A stretch of DNA of 52,734 nucleotides from Nanobdellota archaeon (GTDB lineage Archaea; Nanobdellota; Nanobdellia; Pacearchaeales; GW2011-AR1), in contig JBBSYO010000020.1 in NCBI GenBank assembly GCA_038045185.1, positions 1-52,734 on the forward strand, given 5' to 3'. Positions 9,886 to 17,278 of the stretch are shown here, piece by piece. Below the pieces are notes generated by a model. The model ran no database searches. It saw nothing but the letters and a program-made list of their open reading frames with translations, and was not told the DNA's origin. Numbering within the stretch: the stretch's first letter is position 1; every line of letters starts with the position of its first letter. A program made the position numbers and the translations under genes.

Positions 9886-10347
9886 CTAAATAATTTCCCA
9901 TTCCCAATAATCCTCCATATATCTAGTATATCTAAATAGGTCAAGTTCTTTTGCGTAATTTAAATATTTTTTATAGTCTCTTTGCTGTAAAAAATATGAG
10001 ATCTGTGCTGCAGAAATAGTATTATCAAATGTTTTCTTAATAGTAATAGAGTTGTTAAAGTTTTGCATTGCCATCTTTTCATTAGTATTAAATAAAAGTA
10101 GACCCATTAGATAATAGGCTTCCCAATGGTTTGACCATTTTTTGATAATCTTCTCCGTTAACTGAAAATCTTCTTTTTCTTTATTAACATGTGAAAGTGC
10201 TCCTGCTTTAATCAGAAGAGCATCTATGTTTTCAACGTCTTTTTTAAGAATTTCATTGCATAATTCTATGGCTTTATTCTCATTTTCTGAATAATTATGA
10301 TAATATCCTGCTTTATTTAGTAGCTTAGAAATATTTTTGTCATCCAT
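9886..10347 (-). CDS. TPR-like helical repeat protein (153 aa)
   Basis: Repeated A/Y/L-spaced helical pairs (KAIELCNEILKKD...ALLIKAGAL..., WEAYYLMGLLLF) suggest TPR. 8-nt overlap with the upstream ORF. Confidence 0.4.
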   Translation of the reverse strand: MDDKNISKLLNKAGYYHNYSENENKAIELCNEILKKDVENIDALLIKAGALSHVNKEKEDFQLTEKIIKKWSNHWEAYYLMGLLLFNTNEKMAMQNFNNSITIKKTFDNTISAAQISYFLQQRDYKKYLNYAKELDLFRYTRYMEDYWEWEII

Positions 10348-10597
10348 GTTTTATTTCTCCTAACATCTTCCAGAGATTATCATCTATTGTTTTGTCTTTT
10401 TTATTTTCTTTTATCGACTTTATTATTTTATCATAGAAACTAGGATAATTCACTTTTATCCTGTTTAGTTTATCTTTAATGTGTTCTAGTTTACATTGAT
10501 TTGAACAAAATAACAATGCTTTTTCATCCGAGAATTGAGGCGATAGCCAGATGCCTTCGTTTGCTTGCTTTTTGCAGGTTTTACATGTTTCACCCAT
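10340..10597 (-). CDS. TRASH/YHS-like zinc-ribbon protein (85 aa)
   Basis: C5-x2-C8-x22-C31-x3-C35 fits the TRASH spacing C-x2-C-x19-22-C-x3-C. Starts 2 nt after the hsdM stop. Confidence 0.45.
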   Translation of the reverse strand: MGETCKTCKKQANEGIWLSPQFSDEKALLFCSNQCKLEHIKDKLNRIKVNYPSFYDKIIKSIKENKKDKTIDDNLWKMLGEIKHG

Positions 10598-10599
10598 TC

Positions 10600-12036
10600 T
10601 TATTTTTCTCCTTGAATTTGACTAATAATTTCTTGAGTTCTTTTGATATTTGCTTGTATTCTTTCAATAATCTCTTCTTTAGAAAGCTCCCTTTCTGCTT
10701 CTGGTTTTGTGGGGTTGTTTATGTCCAAATTATAATTTCTTTTGATGATTTCATCTTTTGAAACCTTCCAGCATAAATGTTTAAATTTTTCATTTTCGCG
10801 GTTTGTCCACCATTCTTTCTCTAATTGAAACTCTTCATGACGAATTGGTTTTGTTTTATTATAAGTTACGGCGTCTTGGGGCAATGGATGCTCAAAGTAC
10901 CACACGTCTTTTGTTCCTCGTGAGTCTTTTTCGAAGAACAAGAGGTTGGTACGAATACCGGTGTAGGGGCTGAATACTCCATTGGGCAGACGTACTATAG
11001 TATGAAGATTAAATTCACTTAGCAACTTTTCCTTTATTCGCGTCTTTACACCCTCCCCAAACAAGAAGCCGTCAGGCAAAACTAGACCGCACTTCCCTCC
11101 ATCACGCAAGAGCTTCATAATAAGAACGAGAAACAAATCGGCTGTCTCTCTTGTTTTAAACTCGGCAGGGAAGTTGTTTTCGATACCGGTTTCTTCAGCT
11201 CCACCAAACGGAGGATTAGTGACCACAATATCGACCATATCTTTTGAGGTGTAATCTATTATAGGTCTTGATAACGAGTTATCATGGCGAATGTTAGGTA
11301 CTTCAATATCATGTAAAATCATGTTAGTCATACCCAACAAATGAGGCAAGGGTTTCTTCTCTATTCCCCTTATAGTCTTCTCTAGAATTTTTTGTTCTTC
11401 TACACTCTTTACATCTTTCTTAAGATGGTTAATAACCGATATAAGAAAGCCACCCGTTCCACAGGCAGGGTCCAGTACGATGTCTCCTAATTGAGGGTTA
11501 ACCATGTCAACGATGAATTGGGTAACAGGTCTTGGAGTGTAAAATTCTCCTGCGCTTCCCGCACTTTGCAACTCTTTTAAGATTGTTTCATAAATATCGT
11601 TGAATAAGTGTCTATCTTCAGCGCTTGTAAAATCAATTTCATTTATTTTGTTAATGACTTGGCGAATAAGGATGCCTTTTTTCATATAATTGTAGGCGTC
11701 TTCAAAGACTTGTTTTACAATATATCCCCTTTGGTCTGTCTTTTCATCAAGCTTCAGATTTTTTAGGGTTTTGAATAGATCATCATTGATAAAATCAAGC
11801 AGTTCGTCTCCTGTTATTCCTTCGGGATTCTCCGCCCACTTTCTCCACCTAATTTTTTCTGGTAAAGGACTTTTGTAGTTTTCATCTTCTGCTTCCCTCT
11901 CTTTTTCCATAGAGTCAAAAACTTTCAAGAAGATCATCCAAACCATTTGAGAGATACGTTGAGCATCTCCATCTACTCCTGCATCTTTACGCATGATGTC
12001 TCTTACTGATTTTACTATGTTGCCTAGATGAGCCAT
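10600..12036 (-). CDS. hsdM: type I restriction-modification N6-adenine DNA methyltransferase (HsdM)
   Basis: 478 aa. Motif I DPACGTGGFL, motif IV VVTNPPFGG, and an HsdM N-terminal helical domain. Confidence 0.92.
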   Translation of the reverse strand: MAHLGNIVKSVRDIMRKDAGVDGDAQRISQMVWMIFLKVFDSMEKEREAEDENYKSPLPEKIRWRKWAENPEGITGDELLDFINDDLFKTLKNLKLDEKTDQRGYIVKQVFEDAYNYMKKGILIRQVINKINEIDFTSAEDRHLFNDIYETILKELQSAGSAGEFYTPRPVTQFIVDMVNPQLGDIVLDPACGTGGFLISVINHLKKDVKSVEEQKILEKTIRGIEKKPLPHLLGMTNMILHDIEVPNIRHDNSLSRPIIDYTSKDMVDIVVTNPPFGGAEETGIENNFPAEFKTRETADLFLVLIMKLLRDGGKCGLVLPDGFLFGEGVKTRIKEKLLSEFNLHTIVRLPNGVFSPYTGIRTNLLFFEKDSRGTKDVWYFEHPLPQDAVTYNKTKPIRHEEFQLEKEWWTNRENEKFKHLCWKVSKDEIIKRNYNLDINNPTKPEAERELSKEEIIERIQANIKRTQEIISQIQGEK

Positions 12037-12058
12037 AGATAAAACAGAAAACTCTAAC

Positions 12059-12074
12059 TTAATAACCTTTTTAT
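12059..12074. promoter_or_regulatory. promoter-like motif TTAATAACCTTTTTAT (copy 1 of 3)
   Basis: Same 16-17 nt recur at 18299-18315 and 21686-21702, where they sit about 25 nt upstream of a CDS start and of tRNA-His. Here it lies in the radC/hsdM intergenic region. Confidence 0.45.
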
Positions 12075-12080
12075 CAGAAG

Positions 12081-12752
12081 TTAAAGTCTCTTCTGCTTAT
12101 CCCGCCAACTCCAATACTCTTCTTTCCCTATAACCACATGATCGACAACATTTATGTCAAGAGAGTTGCCTGCATTGATTATTCTTTTTGTAATATCTAA
12201 GTCTTCCCTTGAAGGAGTTGGGTCTCCGGAAGGATGATTATGAATCAAGACTATTTTAGAAGCTGAATTCTTCAGCACGGGCTTGAATATCGTCTTGGCA
12301 TCAAAAATAGTTGAATCCATAGTTCCCTTAGAAATCAACTGCTCGCCGATAATGTGATTCTTTGTATTAAGCATTAAAACAATAAAATGCTCTTGCTTCT
12401 CATCCTTCAATCTATCATGAAACAAATCAAAGACATCCTTGGCACAAGTTATCTTTTTAACTGGGTGTTTGGCTTGTGAGCGCCTCTTGCCTAATTCGGC
12501 CATGGCAAGCAATTGCATAGCTTTGCTGGGACCGATACCTTTGATGCTTTGAAGTTCAACTAAAGAACATTCGAATAACTTATCTATGCCATGTTCTGCA
12601 ATAAGTCGATTTGACATATCAATAACGTTCTCGCCTTTACTTCCTGTCCTCAAGATTATAGCGAAAAGCTCGGCATCGCTTAGCGCTTGCGGACCATGTT
12701 TTAGGAAACGCTCTCTCGGCCTGTTCTGCTTCGGCATGTCATGGATTCTCAT
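12081..12752 (-). CDS. radC: RadC-like JAB/MPN domain protein
   Basis: 223 aa. N-terminal MPKQNRPRERF, an HhH-like IKGIGPSKA, and the JAMM motif HNHPSGDPTPS. Confidence 0.9.
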   Translation of the reverse strand: MRIHDMPKQNRPRERFLKHGPQALSDAELFAIILRTGSKGENVIDMSNRLIAEHGIDKLFECSLVELQSIKGIGPSKAMQLLAMAELGKRRSQAKHPVKKITCAKDVFDLFHDRLKDEKQEHFIVLMLNTKNHIIGEQLISKGTMDSTIFDAKTIFKPVLKNSASKIVLIHNHPSGDPTPSREDLDITKRIINAGNSLDINVVDHVVIGKEEYWSWRDKQKRL

Positions 12753-12782
12753 GGCTATGAATAGAAAAAATAGTTAATAATT

Positions 12783-14045
12783 TTAACTCAATCCCTCATT
12801 TATTTTCTTTAAATTCCAAAGAATAACTTTTTGCAATGTTTGCAGGAGTTTTTCATCTTCTCTTTTTTTTGATCCTTTTGTATACCCCATATATTCATCC
12901 AATAATCCAAACGGGATGTCGAAAATTGGAATGCCTCTTGATTGCAATAAATGAAATGTTATTAATCTCGTTGTTCTGCTGTTTCCATCTGCAAACGGAT
13001 GAATGTGCTGGAATTCATTGTGGAAATAAACGGCAAAATTTAAAATTTCCCTAATAGATGATTTTTCTTTTCTGACAAACTCATCATACTTCTCAAATAA
13101 AGCATCTAATTCTCTTTTGATATTCTCTGCTTTAGTGATTTTAAAATCAGGATTCCCTTTAATATAGACTTCATCTGTTCTTATTTTGCCTGCAATTTTC
13201 GGAACATTTCTCATAGCTATTCCATGATAATTAAGAACAGACGCGATATTCAAAACCTTCTTTTCCGCGCTATCTTTCAGCATTTGCAGGATTGCTTCCT
13301 GATAATTCTTTACTTCATCAACATCCAGGCTCTTTAGATTGCCCGGGATAACCTTGTCCTGCAGTATTTTGAAAGTCTCTGATAATGTTATAGGATTTCC
13401 CTCTAATGAAAGGCTATGATAAACAAAAGAAATTTCAAAATCCCTTACAACTTTTCTGTATCCAGCCTCATCTTTTTTTCTTAATCTCTTAAAAATATTT
13501 AATTCCCTTTCTATCTCTTTGCTGTAAACATGGGTGCTTTCTGTTATAACTTCATGCTTATAACCAAAGTAAATAAGAAGATTGTTCAAAAGGATATTAT
13601 AGAATATCTTTGCCCTCAAGGGTTTTCTTGAAATAATAAGGACCAATCCAAATCTGTTTAATATTTCCAGGTACTTTTTAAAAGTTCTTGGGTGAGTATC
13701 CGCGTCTTTGGGGGTAATCTCCTCTTTTTGCAAAGCTTTGCTCAAAAATGCCGCAAAATTCTTGTCAAGTAAATAATTGTAACTAACATTGTTTTTAAGA
13801 CAATGCTGAATTATTCCATATAAGATTTCTGCCTTTTTGTTCATGTCTGCTTCAAAGCCATATTCAGTTTTTCTAAGGAGACCAAGTGCAACCAACTCTC
13901 TAAGCTGTTTATGTATTGCGTGATAATCTCCCTCAGATTTATTAAACCCCCTAACAACATCCACAGGCTTCATTGGGGCTCTGTTCTTATAGATTAATTC
14001 AAAAATGTCATATTTGGTGACCATAACAATACAGACTCTTTTCAA
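12783..14045 (-). CDS. Fic/DOC family protein with N-terminal wHTH-like region
   Basis: Fic motif HPFADGNSRTTR (HxFx[D/E]GNxRxxR). 420-aa ORF; the true start may be the internal MVTKYD. Confidence 0.85.
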   Translation of the reverse strand: MKRVCIVMVTKYDIFELIYKNRAPMKPVDVVRGFNKSEGDYHAIHKQLRELVALGLLRKTEYGFEADMNKKAEILYGIIQHCLKNNVSYNYLLDKNFAAFLSKALQKEEITPKDADTHPRTFKKYLEILNRFGLVLIISRKPLRAKIFYNILLNNLLIYFGYKHEVITESTHVYSKEIERELNIFKRLRKKDEAGYRKVVRDFEISFVYHSLSLEGNPITLSETFKILQDKVIPGNLKSLDVDEVKNYQEAILQMLKDSAEKKVLNIASVLNYHGIAMRNVPKIAGKIRTDEVYIKGNPDFKITKAENIKRELDALFEKYDEFVRKEKSSIREILNFAVYFHNEFQHIHPFADGNSRTTRLITFHLLQSRGIPIFDIPFGLLDEYMGYTKGSKKREDEKLLQTLQKVILWNLKKINEGLS

Positions 14046-14117
14046 CTTTAAAAAGCTTTCTATTCGGCATAAAAAGTAACATATTTTGTAACAAATAGTG
14101 CTAAATGTATCTATTGT

Positions 14118-14192
14118 CGTGCTTCAAAAAACGCTCTCTCGGCCTGTTTTGCTTCGGCATGTCATGGATTCTCATGGCTATGAATAGAAAAA
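14118..14192 (-). repeat. displaced radC 5' end (promoter-proximal region plus 19 codons), remnant B
   Basis: Minus strand reads MRIHDMPKQNRPRERFLKH and then diverges to a stop. It differs from intact radC at 6 nt in 5 codons, all synonymous. The upstream ggctatgaatagaaaaa is identical. Confidence 0.85.
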
Positions 14193-14633
14193 CTAATTAT
14201 TTGAATTCCTTTTAAGAGTAACCCTTTCTTCTTTTTGGTCAAAGATAATGACAAACTTATCAAAAAAGCCTGCTCTCCCAAGCAAAACAGGGATTTCCTG
14301 GCCGTCAAGGACAATTCCTTTGTTCAAGATAACTTTTACAGGCAGGTCAAATTTATATGTTTCATGAGGCTTTCCAATTTCTAAGAACAGTTTAGACTGC
14401 ACTGCTGGAACTTTTCCTCCGATACCAGCCGCATCTTCCTTTTTGCCGCTTAAATCAACCCCTAATAATTCTGCTACTTCTTCGGGTATTGCTGAGACAT
14501 CTGCTCCAGAATCGAGCAGAGCTACAAAAGTATATTTCCCGCCTGCCCCAGATAAGGTAACGGGAATTGAAGGAGACTTTACTTCTATATTATTTGGTCT
14601 TTTTACACGTTTGTAACGAAAGGCAAGGCTCAT
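14193..14633 (-). CDS. retropepsin-like (clan AA) aspartic protease
   Basis: 146 aa with ALLDSGADVSAIP (D-S/T-G-A active-site signature). Confidence 0.7.
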   Translation of the reverse strand: MSLAFRYKRVKRPNNIEVKSPSIPVTLSGAGGKYTFVALLDSGADVSAIPEEVAELLGVDLSGKKEDAAGIGGKVPAVQSKLFLEIGKPHETYKFDLPVKVILNKGIVLDGQEIPVLLGRAGFFDKFVIIFDQKEERVTLKRNSNN

Positions 14634-14843
14634 TTAGAAGATCATTGTTTCTTCACTTGGTACGCGGGCAATAATAAATTTCTTCCCGCCCGATAGAGTC
14701 TTTGCTCTCTCGACAACTTCCTTTAAGTTTCTGCCGTGTGCAAGTATTCTGTTTTCAGCTACAGCTATCCACTCCCCGGCATATTTACTAATATCGGTTT
14801 CCATAAAATAATTATAGGCAAGTTCCTGGGATGATTTTGTCAT
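14634..14843 (-). CDS. small partner protein (DUF5678-like by recollection)
   Basis: 69 aa with GEWIAVAENRILAHG...IIARVP. Its stop abuts the start of the aspartic protease ORF. Confidence 0.4.
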   Translation of the reverse strand: MTKSSQELAYNYFMETDISKYAGEWIAVAENRILAHGRNLKEVVERAKTLSGGKKFIIARVPSEETMIF

Positions 14844-14994
14844 ATTATTCTTTCTTAATGTCCTTATTTAAAGGTTCTCAAGCCTTCCAAGAAGTAGCAA
14901 CAAAGACAACTTTAGAAGAATACCTCCTTTTATTCATAGTATCAAATATACTCATTAATATATAAAGATTGTTCTTAACTATTGCTCGAGAATA

Positions 14995-15020
14995 TCATGG
15001 ATTCTCATGTGATTGATTAG
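14995..15020 (-). repeat. displaced radC 5' end, remnant C (MRIHD plus upstream-like bases)
   Basis: tcatggattctcatg is identical to the radC start region. The minus strand reads MRIHD and then ILEQ-stop. Confidence 0.5.
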
Positions 15021-15328
15021 AGGTTCATCTCCTCAAGCTCCTGGCTGACTAGGGATTCAGCTTCTTCTAACTGGAAAGCAACATCGGGATATTTTTTAAT
15101 GCTCTTATTTTTGAAGAATTCAATCGCAACCCTCTTTATATCCTGCTTATCTTCCTCATTCCAGTTGAATTCCTTCGCGCTTTTAATCGCAGAAGCCCGA
15201 TACTCGCTTTCCTCATAGAGCAAATGGCTCATTGACTCAGGCTTGTTTGTGTAACGAGCAAGCATCTTATGCAATACAACGTTGCCTATGATTTTCCCAA
15301 GCGTCTTTAAAGCACTATTTTTTCCCAT
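15017..15328 (-). CDS. hypothetical protein (103 aa)
   Basis: ORF overlapping the 3' end of the upstream nucleotidyltransferase ORF by 22 nt; no motif recognised. Confidence 0.35.
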   Translation of the reverse strand: MGKNSALKTLGKIIGNVVLHKMLARYTNKPESMSHLLYEESEYRASAIKSAKEFNWNEEDKQDIKRVAIEFFKNKSIKKYPDVAFQLEEAESLVSQELEEMNL

Positions 15329-16128
15329 TTTGACTCGAGAATCTCCTTATCTGTTTTTTCAGACAAGTTTCTTATATACATTAGTGCCCGCTTTTTTTCC
15401 AATTTAGACGCGCTGTTGCTTTTCAGCTGTTTCATAAGCCTCTCGCCCAGTTCGTTCCTGACGCTCTCATTTAACATTTTGTTATCCACAATTTTCCTTA
15501 ATAAAAGCCTAACAAGCATTACATTTCTGAGCGATTGGTAAATTTCCCTGCCTGCTGAATCTTCGTCATCAATGTCGCTCCAGTCCAGCTTCATCCGAAG
15601 GTCTAATTTTGACAGATCTGCCTTTGGGAGAAGATTGAACGTGCCGTGAATTGCCTTAAAATCCTTTAACTGGTAAATTAAAGAAGGGCTATGGGAGTAT
15701 TGGGACAAAATTGAATCTTTCGAGTAAAGTTGCATATCAAGGTTAAGGGCTGCTTTTTTCCCTTTTTTCTCAATCGTTTCTATCAACTCTCTCTTTTTGC
15801 TCTTTGGCAGTTCTTTCTTTGTCACTACAATCACATCTATATCATTATATTCCTTATAATTGCTCTGCACCGCAGAACCGCAGATAATTATCGAATCTAA
15901 GTTAGGCACGTTATCTAATACAATCTTTTTTATTTTATTCTCAATTGCCCTTGCTTTTTGGTTGTATTCTATCCTATTCAGGATTTCGCCTGTATTTATT
16001 TTTCCTATCTCCAGCAGCTTGGGTCTTATGCTCTTGCTGAGAATATTTGCTTCATTCTGAGTAAGACTAACCCCACTAAGTTTCTTGGCGATTATTTCAT
16101 TCTCCCTTTCTGTCATTATCTTAACCAT
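15307..16128 (-). CDS. nucleotidyltransferase-fold (MNT-like) protein with helical C-terminal region
   Basis: IICGSAVQSNYKEYNDIDVIVV matches the minimal NTase signature GS-x(9-11)-D-x-D. Confidence 0.6.
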   Translation of the reverse strand: MVKIMTERENEIIAKKLSGVSLTQNEANILSKSIRPKLLEIGKINTGEILNRIEYNQKARAIENKIKKIVLDNVPNLDSIIICGSAVQSNYKEYNDIDVIVVTKKELPKSKKRELIETIEKKGKKAALNLDMQLYSKDSILSQYSHSPSLIYQLKDFKAIHGTFNLLPKADLSKLDLRMKLDWSDIDDEDSAGREIYQSLRNVMLVRLLLRKIVDNKMLNESVRNELGERLMKQLKSNSASKLEKKRALMYIRNLSEKTDKEILESKWEKIVL

Positions 16129-16170
16129 ATAATATCTTATAGTATTAAGTGCTATTTAAAGGCCTCTATC

Positions 16171-16371
16171 TTAGGATTCTGCTTCGGCATGTCCTTGATT
16201 CTCATTTTTCTTCTTTTTCTTAAGAATTATCTTGCCATCTTTAGCATGTATATCAAGATAATCCCCTTCTTCAATGCCTGCTTCTCTTATTATTAAGGGC
16301 GGAATATTAACCATATATTTGTAATAATCCTTATTTTTGTGCTTGCGCAGGAATCTTTTTTGCACTTTCAC
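16171..16371 (-). CDS. AbrB/SpoVT-type (MazE-like) small DNA-binding protein
   Basis: GTG start. YMVNIPPLIIREAGIEEGDYLDIHAKDGKIIL resembles a swapped-hairpin AbrB domain. The 3' end runs into radC remnant D. Confidence 0.5.
   Translation of the reverse strand: MKVQKRFLRKHKNKDYYKYMVNIPPLIIREAGIEEGDYLDIHAKDGKIILKKKKKNENQGHAEAES
16177..16205 (-). repeat. displaced radC 5' end, remnant D (MRIKDMPKQN)
   Basis: 29 nt with 2 mismatches to the radC start region (ttctgcttcggcatgtccttgattctcat). Confidence 0.6.
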
Positions 16372-16404
16372 TTTTAGACATAGTGATTTTATTATATAAA
16401 GCTT

Positions 16405-16437
16405 GAGGCGCCGAAAGGTTTTTATATTTGAGGCGCC
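16405..16437 (+). promoter_or_regulatory. BRE/TATA promoter bracketed by direct GAGGCGCC repeats
   Basis: GAGGCGCC at 16405-16412 and 16430-16437 flank ccgaaaggtttttatattt. The GTG start of the AbrB-like ORF is at 16448. Confidence 0.5.
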
Positions 16438-16447
16438 TAATTAAATA

Positions 16448-16651
16448 GTGAAAAAGAAGTTTCTTGGATTCGGATGGAAAAGCAAAGTTGCATTAAAAAG
16501 AGTAACTTATAGTATTTCAATTAACAAACTTGTTGCAGAAGGAAATTGCCTCGAGAAAGGCCAGGAGCTATATTGCTATCTTGCAGAAGATGAAAAAAAC
16601 AGGCAGATAATTGTCATTTACTTAGACGGAAAAAAGAGGGACAAGAATTAG
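16448..16651 (+). CDS. AbrB/SpoVT-like small protein
   Basis: 67 aa, GTG start. SISINKLVAEGNCLEKGQELYCYLAEDEKNRQIIV resembles an AbrB-type fold. Divergent from the 16171-16371 AbrB-like ORF. Confidence 0.4.
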   Translation: MKKKFLGFGWKSKVALKRVTYSISINKLVAEGNCLEKGQELYCYLAEDEKNRQIIVIYLDGKKRDKN

Positions 16652-16676
16652 CATGAGAAAGAAAGTTCATAATTTA

Positions 16677-16747
16677 GGAATGCGGATTTGCCAGCCGGAC
16701 TCTTATCAAGTATCGGCTGTCGGGTTCAACTCCCGAGTGTTCCACCA
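16677..16747 (+). other. tRNA-like element: acceptor stem, perfect T-arm, discriminator and encoded CCA; D and anticodon arms non-canonical
   Basis: GGAATGC pairs with GTGTTCC (two G-U). T-arm TCGGG-TTCAACT-CCCGA, then A-CCA. The middle 36 nt could not be folded into standard D and anticodon arms. Confidence 0.35.
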
Positions 16748-16756
16748 GCGAAACTT

Positions 16757-16777
16757 AGGCCGAAAGACCTTTGTTTT
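16757..16777 (+). terminator. GNRA-type hairpin followed by a T-tract
   Basis: aggccgaaagacct followed by ttgtttt, 10 nt after the CCA of the tRNA-like element. Confidence 0.4.
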
Positions 16778-16894
16778 ACTGGATATTAAATCCTAAATAG
16801 TATTTATATCTTTCTTCACGAAAAAAGACGATGTTTCTGCGGGTGCATAAACATACGTTATACGAATATAAATGACTTATATTTCAAAGTTGTA

Positions 16895-17248
16895 GTGATT
16901 AAAATGAGTGAAAGCCAATCAAGATATAGTATTGTTGAAAGATTAACCCAGATGAAACTGGATATTATCTCAGAAAAACTAGATTTAGAGGCAGACGTAA
17001 AGCAAAAACAGCAAAAAGTCGAGCAGCTTAAAAAAGAGCTTGCCGATTGGGAGAGCGATATACAGCAAGATACAGAAAGAAACAGAAGATTAAAGAAAAG
17101 AGAAATTGAAAAAACAGATATGGAGAGCGAAAATGCAAAAGAAAGAAAAAATGCTAAAGAAGAAGCCTTAAATGAAAAGCTAGAGGCTATTGACAGAGCC
17201 TTAGAAAGAATTGAAGAAATAAGCAAAACCTCTCCAACAAATCAATAA
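16895..17248 (+). CDS. coiled-coil protein (117 aa)
   Basis: Heptad-rich E/K/L sequence. The antisense ORF 16858-17226 is judged a shadow. Confidence 0.4.
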   Translation: MIKMSESQSRYSIVERLTQMKLDIISEKLDLEADVKQKQQKVEQLKKELADWESDIQQDTERNRRLKKREIEKTDMESENAKERKNAKEEALNEKLEAIDRALERIEEISKTSPTNQ

Positions 17249-17278
17249 TTATGCGCTCGAACAAACAAAAAAGGCCAT

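Noticed and set aside
14878-14898. tcaagccttccaagaagt resembling part of the 70-bp direct repeat (tcaagaccttccaagaaagt)
   Set aside because: Only an 11-nt exact core is shared. A match of that size to a 70-mer is expected by chance in about 105 kb of two-strand sequence, so it was not used as evidence.
12707-16205. CRISPR array or integron interpretation of the repeated radC-start segments
   Set aside because: The repeats are of unequal length (15-75 nt), are separated by 0.8-1.4 kb of genes rather than spacers, and correspond to a coding 5' end. No cas genes, IntI-type integrase or attC-like palindromes lie at the cassette borders.
16677-16747. Calling this a standard tRNA (possible anticodons TAT or CTT were tried)
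   Set aside because: No 4-bp D-stem and no 5-bp anticodon stem with a 7-nt loop could be drawn. It is kept only as a tRNA-like element.
16858-17226. 122-aa Ser/Leu/Phe-rich ORF antisense to the coiled-coil gene; similar antisense ORFs at 18249-18683, 25397-26154, 36122-36379 and 49161-49526
   Set aside because: These are shadow ORFs opposite genes with strong motif or composition support. Their low-complexity composition is typical of antisense frames.
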